Source: Hamiltosporidium tvaerminnensis FI-OER-3-3
Taxonomy: Eukaryota > Fungi > Microsporidia
Direction: 5' to 3'
Length of the DNA: 64,000 nucleotides
NCBI GenBank assembly: GCA_022605425.2
Contig: CM061246.1
Location: 1,426,001 to 1,490,000, forward strand
Shown: piece after piece, positions 37,051-48,600 of the stretch
Numbering within the stretch: the first letter of the stretch is position 1
Layout of the letters: each line of letters opens with the position of its first letter
Made by a program: the position numbers and the translations under genes
The notes under the pieces: generated by a model
Told to the model about the DNA's origin: nothing
What the model saw: the letters and a program-made list of their open reading frames with translations, nothing else
The model's database searches: none

Positions 37051-38234
37051 TTGCGAAGTTAAGTAATCAATTTTAAACTAAAAGGATGAATTCATGATAG
37101 CGAAACTTTATCACATCTCGTTAAATTTCTGTTTTTAAAGACAAAATATTGATAAAAAAAAAGGACTTCGACAGGAATATAAATACTAAAATATCTCATT
37201 TTGTCTCTTTTAACATCGATTTGGTTCTTATTGTGATACTATCTTTACTAAAAACATGATTGAAGTAAAAAAACCGTGAATGTGACACAGTAAAAGTTTC
37301 CAGTGGTTCAATGAAACCTACTATAATTTAATCTTGATTTATTTGCAATTGCAATATTGCATTTTTTTTATTATTTAAATCTTGATATATTATTTATTCT
37401 TTTCTCCGCCTAAAATTTTTAAATTAAAGCTATATAGGCATTTTCAGCTTGGTCATTATCAAATTTTAGGGTCAAATTACTTTTATTTTAAGCTTCTTGG
37501 TGAGCTTTATAGAGAAATGAATAAAAATGATGTTTATCTAAAAAAATTAAGAAAAATAGGGGGTTTTAAAGCGAATAACAAGCTTCTATTGGACATGGGT
37601 GTTTGTTAGACCGTGACATTTAGCTTTTAACTTTAGTTGAGATTCTTGGTTAAATCTAAGAACAACAATGTATTTGCCTGCCTACCACTTAAAGGAGATT
37701 TTAAGCACTAACAAGGATTTAATTTTTTCAAAGATTGGTTTAAAAAAAATCATATGTACTCGTCTAATAATATCCATATGTTCTTATCAGATTATCTCAT
37801 GTTTTTTTGTATAAATGCCGGATATTGGATTCATTTTTTTGTTCCAGATATTTGAGTTAAAAAAACAGCGTAGTAAATAGAATGCCAATTGATGTAAAAT
37901 ATCGGCTTTTTCATTTCGGTTTAAAAAATTTATTAAAAAATAACGAAACCCTTTACAATAATTTTATTAAATATACTATATATATCGTAAAATATATACA
38001 TATGAATGAATGTTTTTATAATTCGTTCATTTAATAAGAATATTATTTCACTTTATCTATGATAGTCCGATTTTTTAATTTGAATAAAAGTTTAGAAAAC
38101 TTCTTTCGAATGATTGAATCTTATTTTGCACTATGAGCTGATTACTTCAAATCATATCTTTGCAAAACTAAAAAAATCTGAGAATTAAATTTTAAATTCC
38201 AAAAAAATACTTCAATACAATTTTTTTACCCGTT

Positions 38235-39623
38235 ATGTCTGAAAATCAAACAAACCAAAAATTTACAGATCTGCCTCTTTCTAAAGAAACATTGGCTTTT
38301 TTAAATGAAAATGGGTTTGATGAAATGACAGAAATTCAATCGAAATCTATTTTACCAATATTAAGCGGTGTTGATGTTTTAGCAAGTGCCAAGACTGGAA
38401 GTGGTAAGACACTATCCTTTTTAATACCAATAGTTGAGCATTTAAAAATGTTAGATTTCAAAGATAAACATGGAACAGGTGCACTAATAATTGCACCCAC
38501 GCGTGAATTGGCAATTCAAATATTCAACGTATGCTCAAAACTGATAAAATATCACAATTTATCGGTTACAATTGTAATTGGTGGAATAAATAAAAAAATA
38601 GAAGATGAAAATTTAAGAAAAGGATGTAATATTGTCATAGGGACACCGGGTAGATTAATGGATCATTTAAAAAATACTGCGAAGTTTAAAATATCTAATT
38701 TGAAAATACTTGTTTTAGATGAAACAGATAGAATATTAGATGTTGGATTTGAAGATGAATTGAAAAATATTCTTAAATTATTACCAGAAAATAGACAAAC
38801 ACTTATGTTTAGTGCTACTCAAACATCAAAATTAGAAGATATATCAAGACTTTCGTTAAAAAATAAACCACTGCGAATATCTGCGAATCCGAGTAATCAT
38901 GATGATCTAATATGTGATAATCTTAATCAATTTTATATTTTGGCTACAGAAAGTAAAAGATTGGCTGTTTTATATTCGATTTTAAAAAGATTTAAAAATG
39001 AAAAAGTGATGGTTTTTTTTAGTACTTGCAATTCTGTAAATTTTCATTCACAATTATTTAATTTTATTGGATTTAAAATTATTTCGTTGCATGGAAAAAT
39101 GAATCAAATTAAAAGATCGAATTCGTTTAAAAATTTCGAAAAAGAAAAAACTTCTATACTTTTTTGTACAGATGTGGCAGCACGTGGTTTGGACTTCAGC
39201 AATGTATCAACAGTAATTCAATATGACGTTCCTGTGGATGTAAAAGAATATATACATCGTGTAGGACGAACAGCTAGAGCAGGAAAAAACGGTAATGCAA
39301 TTTTATTTTTAATCCCAACCGAAGAAAAATACATCAAATTTCTAGAAACAAAAAATATGATTCTTAATGAATATTGTATCGAAAGAATTAAAAAAATAAC
39401 AGAAAAAATTCTTAAAATAGTTGAAAATAATTATTTTTTTAAGAAAAACGCAATTTTGGCTTTTAAATCTTTTTTAAGTAGTTATAGTTCATTGAGTCTA
39501 AAAGAATACTTTGATGTACGGAAAATAGATATTGAAGAATTCTGTAAGTCTTTTGGACTATCAAGTATGCCTGCAATTCAATTTTCAGCAAATTTTAACA
39601 AAAAAACACAAAAGAGACTTTAA
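38235..39623 (+). CDS. HAS1: DEAD-box RNA helicase Has1/DDX18
   Basis: Q motif, AKTGSGKT, PTRELA, GTPGRL, DETD (motif II variant), SAT, VFFSTCNSV, TDVAARGLD and HRVGRTAR. CCC lies upstream of the ATG. Confidence 0.9.
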   Translation: MSENQTNQKFTDLPLSKETLAFLNENGFDEMTEIQSKSILPILSGVDVLASAKTGSGKTLSFLIPIVEHLKMLDFKDKHGTGALIIAPTRELAIQIFNVCSKLIKYHNLSVTIVIGGINKKIEDENLRKGCNIVIGTPGRLMDHLKNTAKFKISNLKILVLDETDRILDVGFEDELKNILKLLPENRQTLMFSATQTSKLEDISRLSLKNKPLRISANPSNHDDLICDNLNQFYILATESKRLAVLYSILKRFKNEKVMVFFSTCNSVNFHSQLFNFIGFKIISLHGKMNQIKRSNSFKNFEKEKTSILFCTDVAARGLDFSNVSTVIQYDVPVDVKEYIHRVGRTARAGKNGNAILFLIPTEEKYIKFLETKNMILNEYCIERIKKITEKILKIVENNYFFKKNAILAFKSFLSSYSSLSLKEYFDVRKIDIEEFCKSFGLSSMPAIQFSANFNKKTQKRL

Positions 39624-39744
39624 ATATGTAGTTTCAATGAAAAATACAAATAATAATAACTTAATTTTTGTAAAAGACCAAAGCTTTAAATTATAAAATC
39701 ATGGAATATATAGATGAAATTAAAATTTTTATATTTTTAAAATA

Positions 39745-39880
39745 TTTATGATCCTCAAGTTTTTAATTGTTCAATAATCTTTATGGTTCAAAATTTTTAT
39801 ATTTTTCCAACTTTTTTTCTAATTTATGACTCTCAAGTTTTTTATTGTTCAAATAATCTTTATGGTTCTAAAATTTTATT
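39745..39880. repeat. Tandem duplication, ~78-bp period
   Basis: TTTATGA..CTCAAGTTTTT.ATTGTTCA..TAATCTTTATGGTTC occurs twice. Confidence 0.8.
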
Positions 39881-40244
39881 ATTTACACTCTATCAGTTTC
39901 GATATAATTTTCCATTCAAAAATGAAACCTGAAAATTAATTTTACTTATAAAATTATCTTTCGTAATCGAAATTTCAAAATAAATATTTTAAAGAAAAAT
40001 AAATCGTTAAACAGTGAATTCAAATACTACAATGCAGTTATCCATCAAATTAAGTAATTTAATATTCAATAGTAAATGACCTGAATTCCTTTCAAAAAAT
40101 AATTAAATCATTAAAATTAGAAAATAAAGATAAATTATGAACATTAAAATATCTCGAAATTGAAGATAAAAATATTTTTAATGATTTTTGGTGATTTTAT
40201 TCAGTTATTAAAAATATAGGATTTATCCAACCCTTTTTTAAAAA

Positions 40245-41660
40245 ATGGATCCAAAATTTTCTATTATAACACATTCAGATAAAGGATTGCTTCTTTCGTT
40301 GAATCAAGAAATGAATGATATGGTTAGATTATCAAATATTACGGGTTTAGAAGTAGAAAGATGTGTATATTCAAATACAGTAATTCTGATATATTCAAAG
40401 GAAAAAGTAATTTTGTATGAAATAAAAAACGGTAAACAAATATCGGAATTTGTAATGAAAGAAATCAAGGAAATGAAAATATCGGATTCTGAAAATTTGT
40501 ATGCCTTTCTTTCGTTAGAACGGATCTTCTATGTTTTTACGAAAGAAAAAATTATTTTTCAAGAAAAGTTTGTAGAAAAATTTTCGTTTTCTGATGATTA
40601 CTTATTGATCTTAAAAAATGGTGAGGCCACTGTTTATAAAATTAGGAACAATGAATTTAATATTATTTCAAAAGAAAGAAATGTTTTTGATTTTAGTGTT
40701 CATGAAGATTCCTACGTAATAGTTTATAAAAAAAGTGAGAAAAATGTATTTAAATTGCAAATAAATTCAAGAAATGTAGTTTCTTGCTTTGAATTTGAAA
40801 AATTAGAAAAAATAGAAATGAAGAAGAAAGATAACAATTTTCTATTTTTAATTACAACTGATTACGTAACAAATACATATTTCGGACACACAAAGATATT
40901 TTTTTATTCTGGCACTACAAGAAAATTAAAAGAAATTTATAATTTGAATCCCATACATAGTTTCTGTTTTTTAAATGATGGATTCGCTATCTGTTATGGA
41001 GATCAGCCGAGTAATGTATCTATTTACGATTATAATTGTCAGGAAATTAAGAAGTTCCCAAGAGGTGTACGAAACAAAATGTATTTTAATTTACATGAAA
41101 ATCTTGTATGTTTCTGTGGATTCAATAATCTTTCCGGTGAAATCGAAATCTATGGAATACAGGATTTAGAAATAAAAGCCAAATTAAAAGAACTAGGTGC
41201 ATCTTCTGTATGTTGGTCACCATGTGGACGATATTTCTGTGTTGCGACGACTAAAGAACTAAGAGTTGACAATAAAATCAGTGTTTTTGATTATTTCGGA
41301 AGAAAAATTGTAGAAAAAAATTTTGAAAAATTAGAATCTTGTTTTTGGTTTGGAGAAAAGGAAAATTTCACAGCTCTGGAAAAGCCAAAAAACATGAATT
41401 TAGCAGTTGAAAAACATTATGTACCTCCGAATCTTAGAAATAGTAATTATCACCAAAAACTCGACAAAAAACATCAAATTCTCAAAAAAAGTAAAGGGAA
41501 AATAAATAATTCAATGAGTAAAGAAGACATCATTGACAAACTAAATACAATCAAAGAATTAAAAAAGAGACTCGAATCGGGTGAAAAACTAAACATTGAA
41601 AATCTAAATTTAATTTCAAGTGAAACATTTTACTTAAACGAATTGAATAAAAAAAGCTAA
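40245..41660 (+). CDS. EIF2A: Translation initiation factor eIF2A (WD/beta-propeller)
   Basis: YGDQPS, GVRN, GFNNLSGEIE, WSPCGRYF, LRVDN and YVPPNLR, plus a C-terminal coiled coil. CCC lies upstream of the ATG. Confidence 0.9.
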   Translation: MDPKFSIITHSDKGLLLSLNQEMNDMVRLSNITGLEVERCVYSNTVILIYSKEKVILYEIKNGKQISEFVMKEIKEMKISDSENLYAFLSLERIFYVFTKEKIIFQEKFVEKFSFSDDYLLILKNGEATVYKIRNNEFNIISKERNVFDFSVHEDSYVIVYKKSEKNVFKLQINSRNVVSCFEFEKLEKIEMKKKDNNFLFLITTDYVTNTYFGHTKIFFYSGTTRKLKEIYNLNPIHSFCFLNDGFAICYGDQPSNVSIYDYNCQEIKKFPRGVRNKMYFNLHENLVCFCGFNNLSGEIEIYGIQDLEIKAKLKELGASSVCWSPCGRYFCVATTKELRVDNKISVFDYFGRKIVEKNFEKLESCFWFGEKENFTALEKPKNMNLAVEKHYVPPNLRNSNYHQKLDKKHQILKKSKGKINNSMSKEDIIDKLNTIKELKKRLESGEKLNIENLNLISSETFYLNELNKKS

Positions 41661-41734
41661 TTTCTTTATCCTTTTTCTACTGTTTATGAATTCAGTTATT
41701 AAATTTATTTCTAAATTTAAATTTTATAATTTTT

Positions 41735-41960
41735 CATTTTAAATATTATATATTAAATTAAACTTTATTCTTCAGTTATGTATAGAAGTTGCAATGACCA
41801 AATTTTATTTCATTTTAAATATTATATATTTAATTAAGCTTTATTCTCTAGTTATTTATAGAAGTTGCAATGACCAAATTTTTTTTTATTTTAAATATTA
41901 TATATTAAATCAAGCTTTGTTCTTCTGTTATATATAGAAGTTACAATGAAACCAATTTCT
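41735..41960. repeat. Tandem repeat, 76-bp unit x3
   Basis: GAAGTT.CAATGA at 41785, 41861 and 41937. Confidence 0.9.
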
Positions 41961-44379
41961 TTTCATTATATACAATTAATATTAACAATTATAGTTTTAG
42001 GTATAAAAATATTTTCCCTTCGTAACGAATTTAAACTAATTTTTAAAGTACAAATATTTTTGTCAACAAATTTAATAATTTTGTATTTGGTTTTGTCTAT
42101 ATTTATAATGAAATTCATAATCACTTATCTTGTTTTTTTCCTATAATTAGAATGTGATTAATAGAGATTTTTAGGAAGATAATTTTATGAAAATCTTTTA
42201 AAAATTTCTTATTTCAAAAAGCCACATCGAATTTACAGGCAATAATTAGTAATTCAAACATACTAATCCTAATATACATCGAAGCATAAAAAAGTTCTTG
42301 CTTTTTAATAGCACTTTCTATCAATTAATATTAAATCTCATACGATTTCAGATTCTTGATTTATATGAATACCCATAGATAAGAAATTCGTGTTTAAAAA
42401 CCTTGTCACGGTTTATAATTTATTTAATTAAAAAATATATTATAATTAATTATAACTTTAAATTTTTTATGATTTGATCGTGTATAGATAGCATATTTAG
42501 TAATTTAAGTGTTTTGGATTAAAAGAGTCTATGGTGGCGTTATAAACAAGCATAAAATTATTTAAATACTAATGATCGTTATCCAATCATTGTCGATACA
42601 TTAAAATCTTTTAGACATATATCTAGAAAGTAATCTATAAATCTACATTTTCGTTTACTTAATAAAATATATTTTCAATCATTCGAATGAAATGGTACGT
42701 TTTGTCTCGGTTATACTTCAATTTTTTACCCCTCACCTGTTTTTTATGTCTTCTATCTCGATTAGTCAGATATTTAAGGATTTAAAATTTAGTCGAAATT
42801 AATATGGAATATAAAAGACCTTTTAAAAATCTCATTACGAATTTGTAAAATATTATTTTATCCATATAAGCTTCGTTATATAATTTAAAAGGATATAATT
42901 TGAACTACTGATTCGAAAGCAACCCGAGAAAGATCTTTTAAAAAACGTTTTGACTTTTTTTGATAGTTTTATTGTTGTTTATAAGAACAAAATTTTCTAG
43001 AATTACGTGATATAAAGAAAAAAGGATTTTTATAGTAAATCGGGATTGTATTGTAAACATAGAAAAATACTTATGGCTATGCTTCTATGATTTTTAAATC
43101 GGCAAATTTTATTTAATCGATAAGATATTCCAGAGCCTATTTTTTTACACTAATGATTTCCCGTAATATTCCTTTTAATGATTTCCCGGTTCTTGAATCG
43201 GTACAGCTTAACCAATAGCCGTAAAATATTGTATTTTTAGACTTCATTTCATTTTAAGTGTTTCTGAAGAAGTTTCTTTTAGTATTAATCTAATTGTTAT
43301 GTGTCCTACCTCAGAATCTCAATAAGTGAATTTATGACTAAAAAATTGTGACTTTAAACATATCATCATAATTTTATATTCCTTAAATAAGATGTAAATG
43401 CCATTTTTGAAATGAAATCCTATTGATGGTATGGAAGAAGCAAATAAGATCGCTAAATTAGCTCTCACAATTTACTCCCTGGTTTTTAGATGATGTGTTC
43501 ACACAAATTCAAATAGTTGTTAAGTATATATATGATACATCGAATTATGTATATATAAAATCTTTGTATCGGATTTAAAAAGAATTTTCGCTTGTCTAAC
43601 TTTATAGAAACCAATAAAAGGCTTCATTAGCGTCACTCAGATCTTTATTAGCAAAGCAAACATATTTATTGAGTAGATTTAAAGGTAAAAGTTCGCTCAA
43701 AACTTAGCTTTTATTTCATAATTTCCTCAGAACTGTAAATTATGGATCACAGATTGCTATTTAAATACAATTTAATACTTAAGATTGTTCGGAATGTTTT
43801 AACTACTGAAGCCAGAGCAAGCATTAAAATATTATTAAATTTTTGTATCTTTCCCTAATAAACTTTTTTTTTGCTGATTTTGAAAATAGAAAGGCGAAGT
43901 TATTGTATTTAAGTTATAAAAAAAGCCTAATTTATTACGGCTATAATATTTCTTAATCTTCAAAATAATTGCGTTGAGTTCCCCGTTTCTATCGAAAAAA
44001 AAATATTAAACAGTTATTAATAACCACTGTTTTTTCAGAATATCTGTTTTGTAACTTTTTGAAATGTATTTATTATCGCATCTAGAAATTTAATTTTTCT
44101 ATTATTTAAGCTCTTTATAGCCAGTCTTTCCTATTTGCGGTATATTACTTACAAACTTATTCCAATATAATTTACCTCTCTGTTTTGAGGATGACTAAAT
44201 GGAAAGCCAAAATATTCTGTTCCTGGTCAATATTTTAGTATTTCCTAAGCTCATTCCTCTTTCCAAGAAAGATTTTAAGAGGATTCAGCTCATTTTAACA
44301 TTATAGCTTTTTTATTTCGCTGTAAAACATTTTTCTTTTATTTTCGTTTGTCATAGTTAAATTCCTACACTAGTTATTA

Positions 44380-44560
44380 ATTTTTGAGACAGTCGTTTAG
44401 TTTTCTATTTGTTTATTTTAATATGTTGTGATTCGGGATTATACGGGATTGGTATATAGATCCACTATGTTTTATATCCCATATCCTATCGAAAATTCAA
44501 ATATTAATTTCACACAAATTTCGCATACTCATTGGCAAGTAGATAGAGTTAAATATTGAT
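44380..44560 (-). mobile_element. Decayed LTR-type integrase core fragment
   Basis: Minus strand gives ...GI/KH...IPYNPESQ, resembling the G.KH...PY.P.SNG integrase motif. Confidence 0.35.
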
Positions 44561-45624
44561 ATACATTCTCACCTTGATTTAATTTCGAATTAGAATTTAT
44601 TTTACATGCGCTCATTTTTTCAGACTTGAGCTTATAAATTCATACTTTATTGAATTACAAAAATTATTGTAAATTTTCGAATAAACACTGAGAAGTTTCT
44701 ATATTCTTGATATCCCTAACTCGAATGATTTACATTGCTAAAGAAAATTCGAATTCAAATTTTATTGTTGGCAAATAATAATTAGTTTTATTAATTGAAC
44801 TATATTTAATATTTAAGGTTTATTTTGATAAAAAAAGGTAAAATAGTTCTTTACTTGCAAATTCAACATTATACAATGTAAATGAAAACATGACATATGA
44901 AAGTCAGAGCTAATTATTTAAGATTAAAGACGATACTTTTGGAGATATATTTTGATAGTTAAACAACTGGTTAAAACATCTTACCAAAATAAAAAGAATA
45001 TTTAACTTCATTCGGTAGACTTAGATTTGATGCTTTTTGTTACAATACACTATCTATTCGAATCTTGAGAGTGAAGATCAGTTGAAAATAAATTTCAAAA
45101 ATAAAGAGTATCGAATAACGCAAGAAAAAACATGGCGAATATATGAAATTAGTTCTTTTTTTAAATGTGATGGAGATATAAAATATAAAATTGACAAGAG
45201 AAATATTTTTTTGAAACTTCTAAAAAGTGTTTATTCAATGAAAAATGAAATATATTATTTGCATAAAAATAATAAATATCAGTTTAATCTTTTATCTTTT
45301 CAATATTAGAAAATATATAACAATATCATATACAAAAAAAACATTTTAAAAAAAAACTTAAAAAACCATGAAAATAAATAACAGAAAAGTTGAAAGGAAT
45401 ATATTTAATTTCATATTTCATAAATAATTAGACATACCAGCAACGTTTAACTTGCAAAAAAATAAAATAAAAAGGTTTTAAATTTCAAAAAAATAACGAG
45501 TGATTTAGATATAAAGTATTGACGATATTTTTAAATTCAATGTTGGAATAGCTTTAAAATAAATAGAAAATTCAAAATTTAAATATTAGAATTAAAGCAA
45601 AGTAAAACAAATGTACAATTAAAT

Positions 45625-48600
45625 TCATTTTATATATTCTTTTTTATATGAAACTTCAAAAATATTTTTATATTCTTTTTCCAGAAATTTAATTAATTCC
45701 ATATTAAATTCATACGATAATTGAATAATTGAAATATTTTTAATCTTCTTAAGCTTTTCTCTCATTGGTAATTTTTTAGATTTATCGGAAAATGTGCAGA
45801 AATGAAATGTAAGCGATTCCAAATTTTCAAATAAAGATAACTGATTTGTATCTTGTTCTACAATACATGTTTTGGAAAAGTACAAATTTTTAATGCTTTT
45901 ATATAAGTTATGACCAAACAATTCATACAGAAATGCTTTTTGTTGACTTGTATGTAAAAATAAACTATCAAGATTTGTGAATTCGTGTAAAAACCTCATT
46001 TCACTTGATTTTATTTCATAATCTTGTATTTTTACATTACTTAGGCTAGAGCAATTAGAAATGGTTAAAATACATAAAAGTTGCTCAAAAGAAACATAAA
46101 AATCTAACGAAACATTTATCAGATTTTTGTCTACATATTCTAGGTATACTGACTTTTTTGGCATACAAGCAGATGGTAGAGTAAACAATTTTAAAATAAC
46201 GAAATCGTAGTCTTCAGCTTGTAGATCGGAACATCTAAAAGATGGCGTCTCGAATTCAAATTTGAAATTATTCGAATCTTTAAAATAATTGAGTAAATTA
46301 AGAAATTTTTTAAAATCATCATAACGAACATCAACAAAACTAACCGAATGTAACTTAGTATTTTTAAAAAACGGTCTTGTCTTAGGTAAAGTTGCTATAA
46401 AAGTTCTTGATATAGATAAAGATTTCAAACAACTAAATTTTAAAATTGTCTGCAGACAACAATAATCTATCTGTGAATCATGAATACTAACATAGTGAAT
46501 CTGTTCAGCAACAGAAATGGGATATTCAAAATAACCCATATGATTTAAACCAAAGTAGGAAATACTGAAAATTATTTTTAAATTTTCTAAAAGAAATATT
46601 TCTTCCATTTGATCAGATAAAATCTTATTTCGAACATAAAAACCAAAATGGGTTATATCGCTGAGAAAATCGAGGCTCGAGCGCTTCCATAATATGTTTG
46701 TTCGAAAACATTCAATGAGTGATTGAATAAATTTGATTTTTTCATAATAATTATTTTTAAGTGTCAAAATAAAAGAAAATATACTGAAACAATCATTAAA
46801 TAAGGGAATACCTCAGAAAAAACTGTTATTGTCTACGGACTTTTCATATTTAACACTAAATTTCCCATTTGGTTCAGATTTATTTAATAAAATTCTGGGT
46901 TAACAATTTTTCTCGTTTACTATTCTTCCATACTTTAACCACTTTTTTCTTTTTTCATCCGACTTATCATTAATGTCTTCGTCGGTTCCTCTGGTCTGGT
47001 TACGTCATCTAAATAAGGGTAATATTTTTGAATTTACTTGTTTAACACTTCCCTCGTTCTTTCTTTTGGGGGTGTTGGTGTTTATGTCTCGCTCCTTATA
47101 CACTTAATGACGCTCTCTCCCGCTCTCTTCGGCACTTGGTCCTGACTCCTCGTCGATCGGAAATCATTTCGACTGTTTTTTGTACTATGGACTGAATGTA
47201 TGCCTCACATTTATGGGTATTTGTGTCTTTTAGATGTCTTTGGTTTTTGTATACCGTCCTGTTATCCATAGGAATTATCTCTACACTCATTTGTAAATAA
47301 GACCCGCTCATTTGTAATGGTCTCTCCTGTTTTCTGTTTCACTATTTGAGTGGTCTTGGGGGTGATCCTACTATGGGGTATCTTATTTCGTCTCTTGTCT
47401 AAACATTTCTGGCCTTTATTTCATTTTGACATCGTTTTTATTCTGGTGTCTTATCTCTGCTACTCATTATCGATTTCTTGACTGGTGGCTTCTGATTCGT
47501 TTTGAAGACTTGATTTATATTTATTTAACAAGAGCAATGTATACATCGTACCACTTCATTGTGTCGTCTGTATAGTCATGACCAGCATTTTTCCATCTCG
47601 TTGCTAAATGGTCACTGTTTTTCTAGACGTGTTGCGTGTTGACACACCTTCTGCTCCCCAAATACGTTTCTATCCTGGATTGGAACACTGCTTCATCGCG
47701 GTCTTAACTTCCTTTTAACCATCTTGGGAGTCATTTCACTTACTGCTCGTTGTTTCTGCATTATATAACTTTGAATGTGTTTTCGTTTTTTATTTCGTTA
47801 TATAAGTTGCTAGTTGGCTTCTCTATTTATTTTTAGTGAGCTCCTCTGCCATCCGTTTTTACTTGTAAAAGTCTTTTATTAGTGCAGATGGGTTTTATTA
47901 TCATTCTCCACCTTAGGATTGCTGCTCTTCTGGTCGATGTTTCTTTATATTTTTCGACATCTAGAGTTGCAAGCATATGTTCGCTTTTGAACTCACACTA
48001 TGAGACCTCTCCCAGTTCTGTTCTGGGGGTACGACGCTCTTTACATCCTGGGCGAAGATGTTCTTGTTCTTTACTAAAACTGCACGTACTGCGTCATCCA
48101 CTTTGGAAGTCGCCAGGTTCAGTCGAAGTACACCTATATGATAGTTTATTAGAGATATCGCGGTTGATTGATAGCTTGAATATTTCTTGATTCATCTCGT
48201 GCGGCACGTCTCTACCCTGCTATCGTTTGGTTTTCTCTCAACGACTTACGTGTTGGTCCTCTGCTTCTTCTATTATTCCGGGTATTTGTAAACACCTTTC
48301 CTTCGAAGAGTGCGTTTTCCACACGAATCATTTGTGGGACTTCTCTCTGTTTTTTCTAATCCTATATTTTTCATAAACATTTTTACCTCCTCCGTCTCTT
48401 TTCAGCGTTGTTCCATCTTTGGCAGGAGCTTAGATCATCATGAACAGAGATGATTGGTGGTGGGATACATCCTCCGTTTGTATTGTCACCTTTGCGTATT
48501 CTTCATTGAGTTTACGGCTCATGAATCCATACACAGCATAAACAATAAGGGTGACAACTATCTCCCTGTGTCCCTTTATCATCTTCTTGTTCTATTTTTC

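Noticed and set aside
42900-43700. Possible gypsy RT remnant
   Set aside because: Only vague motif similarity; not supportable without a search.
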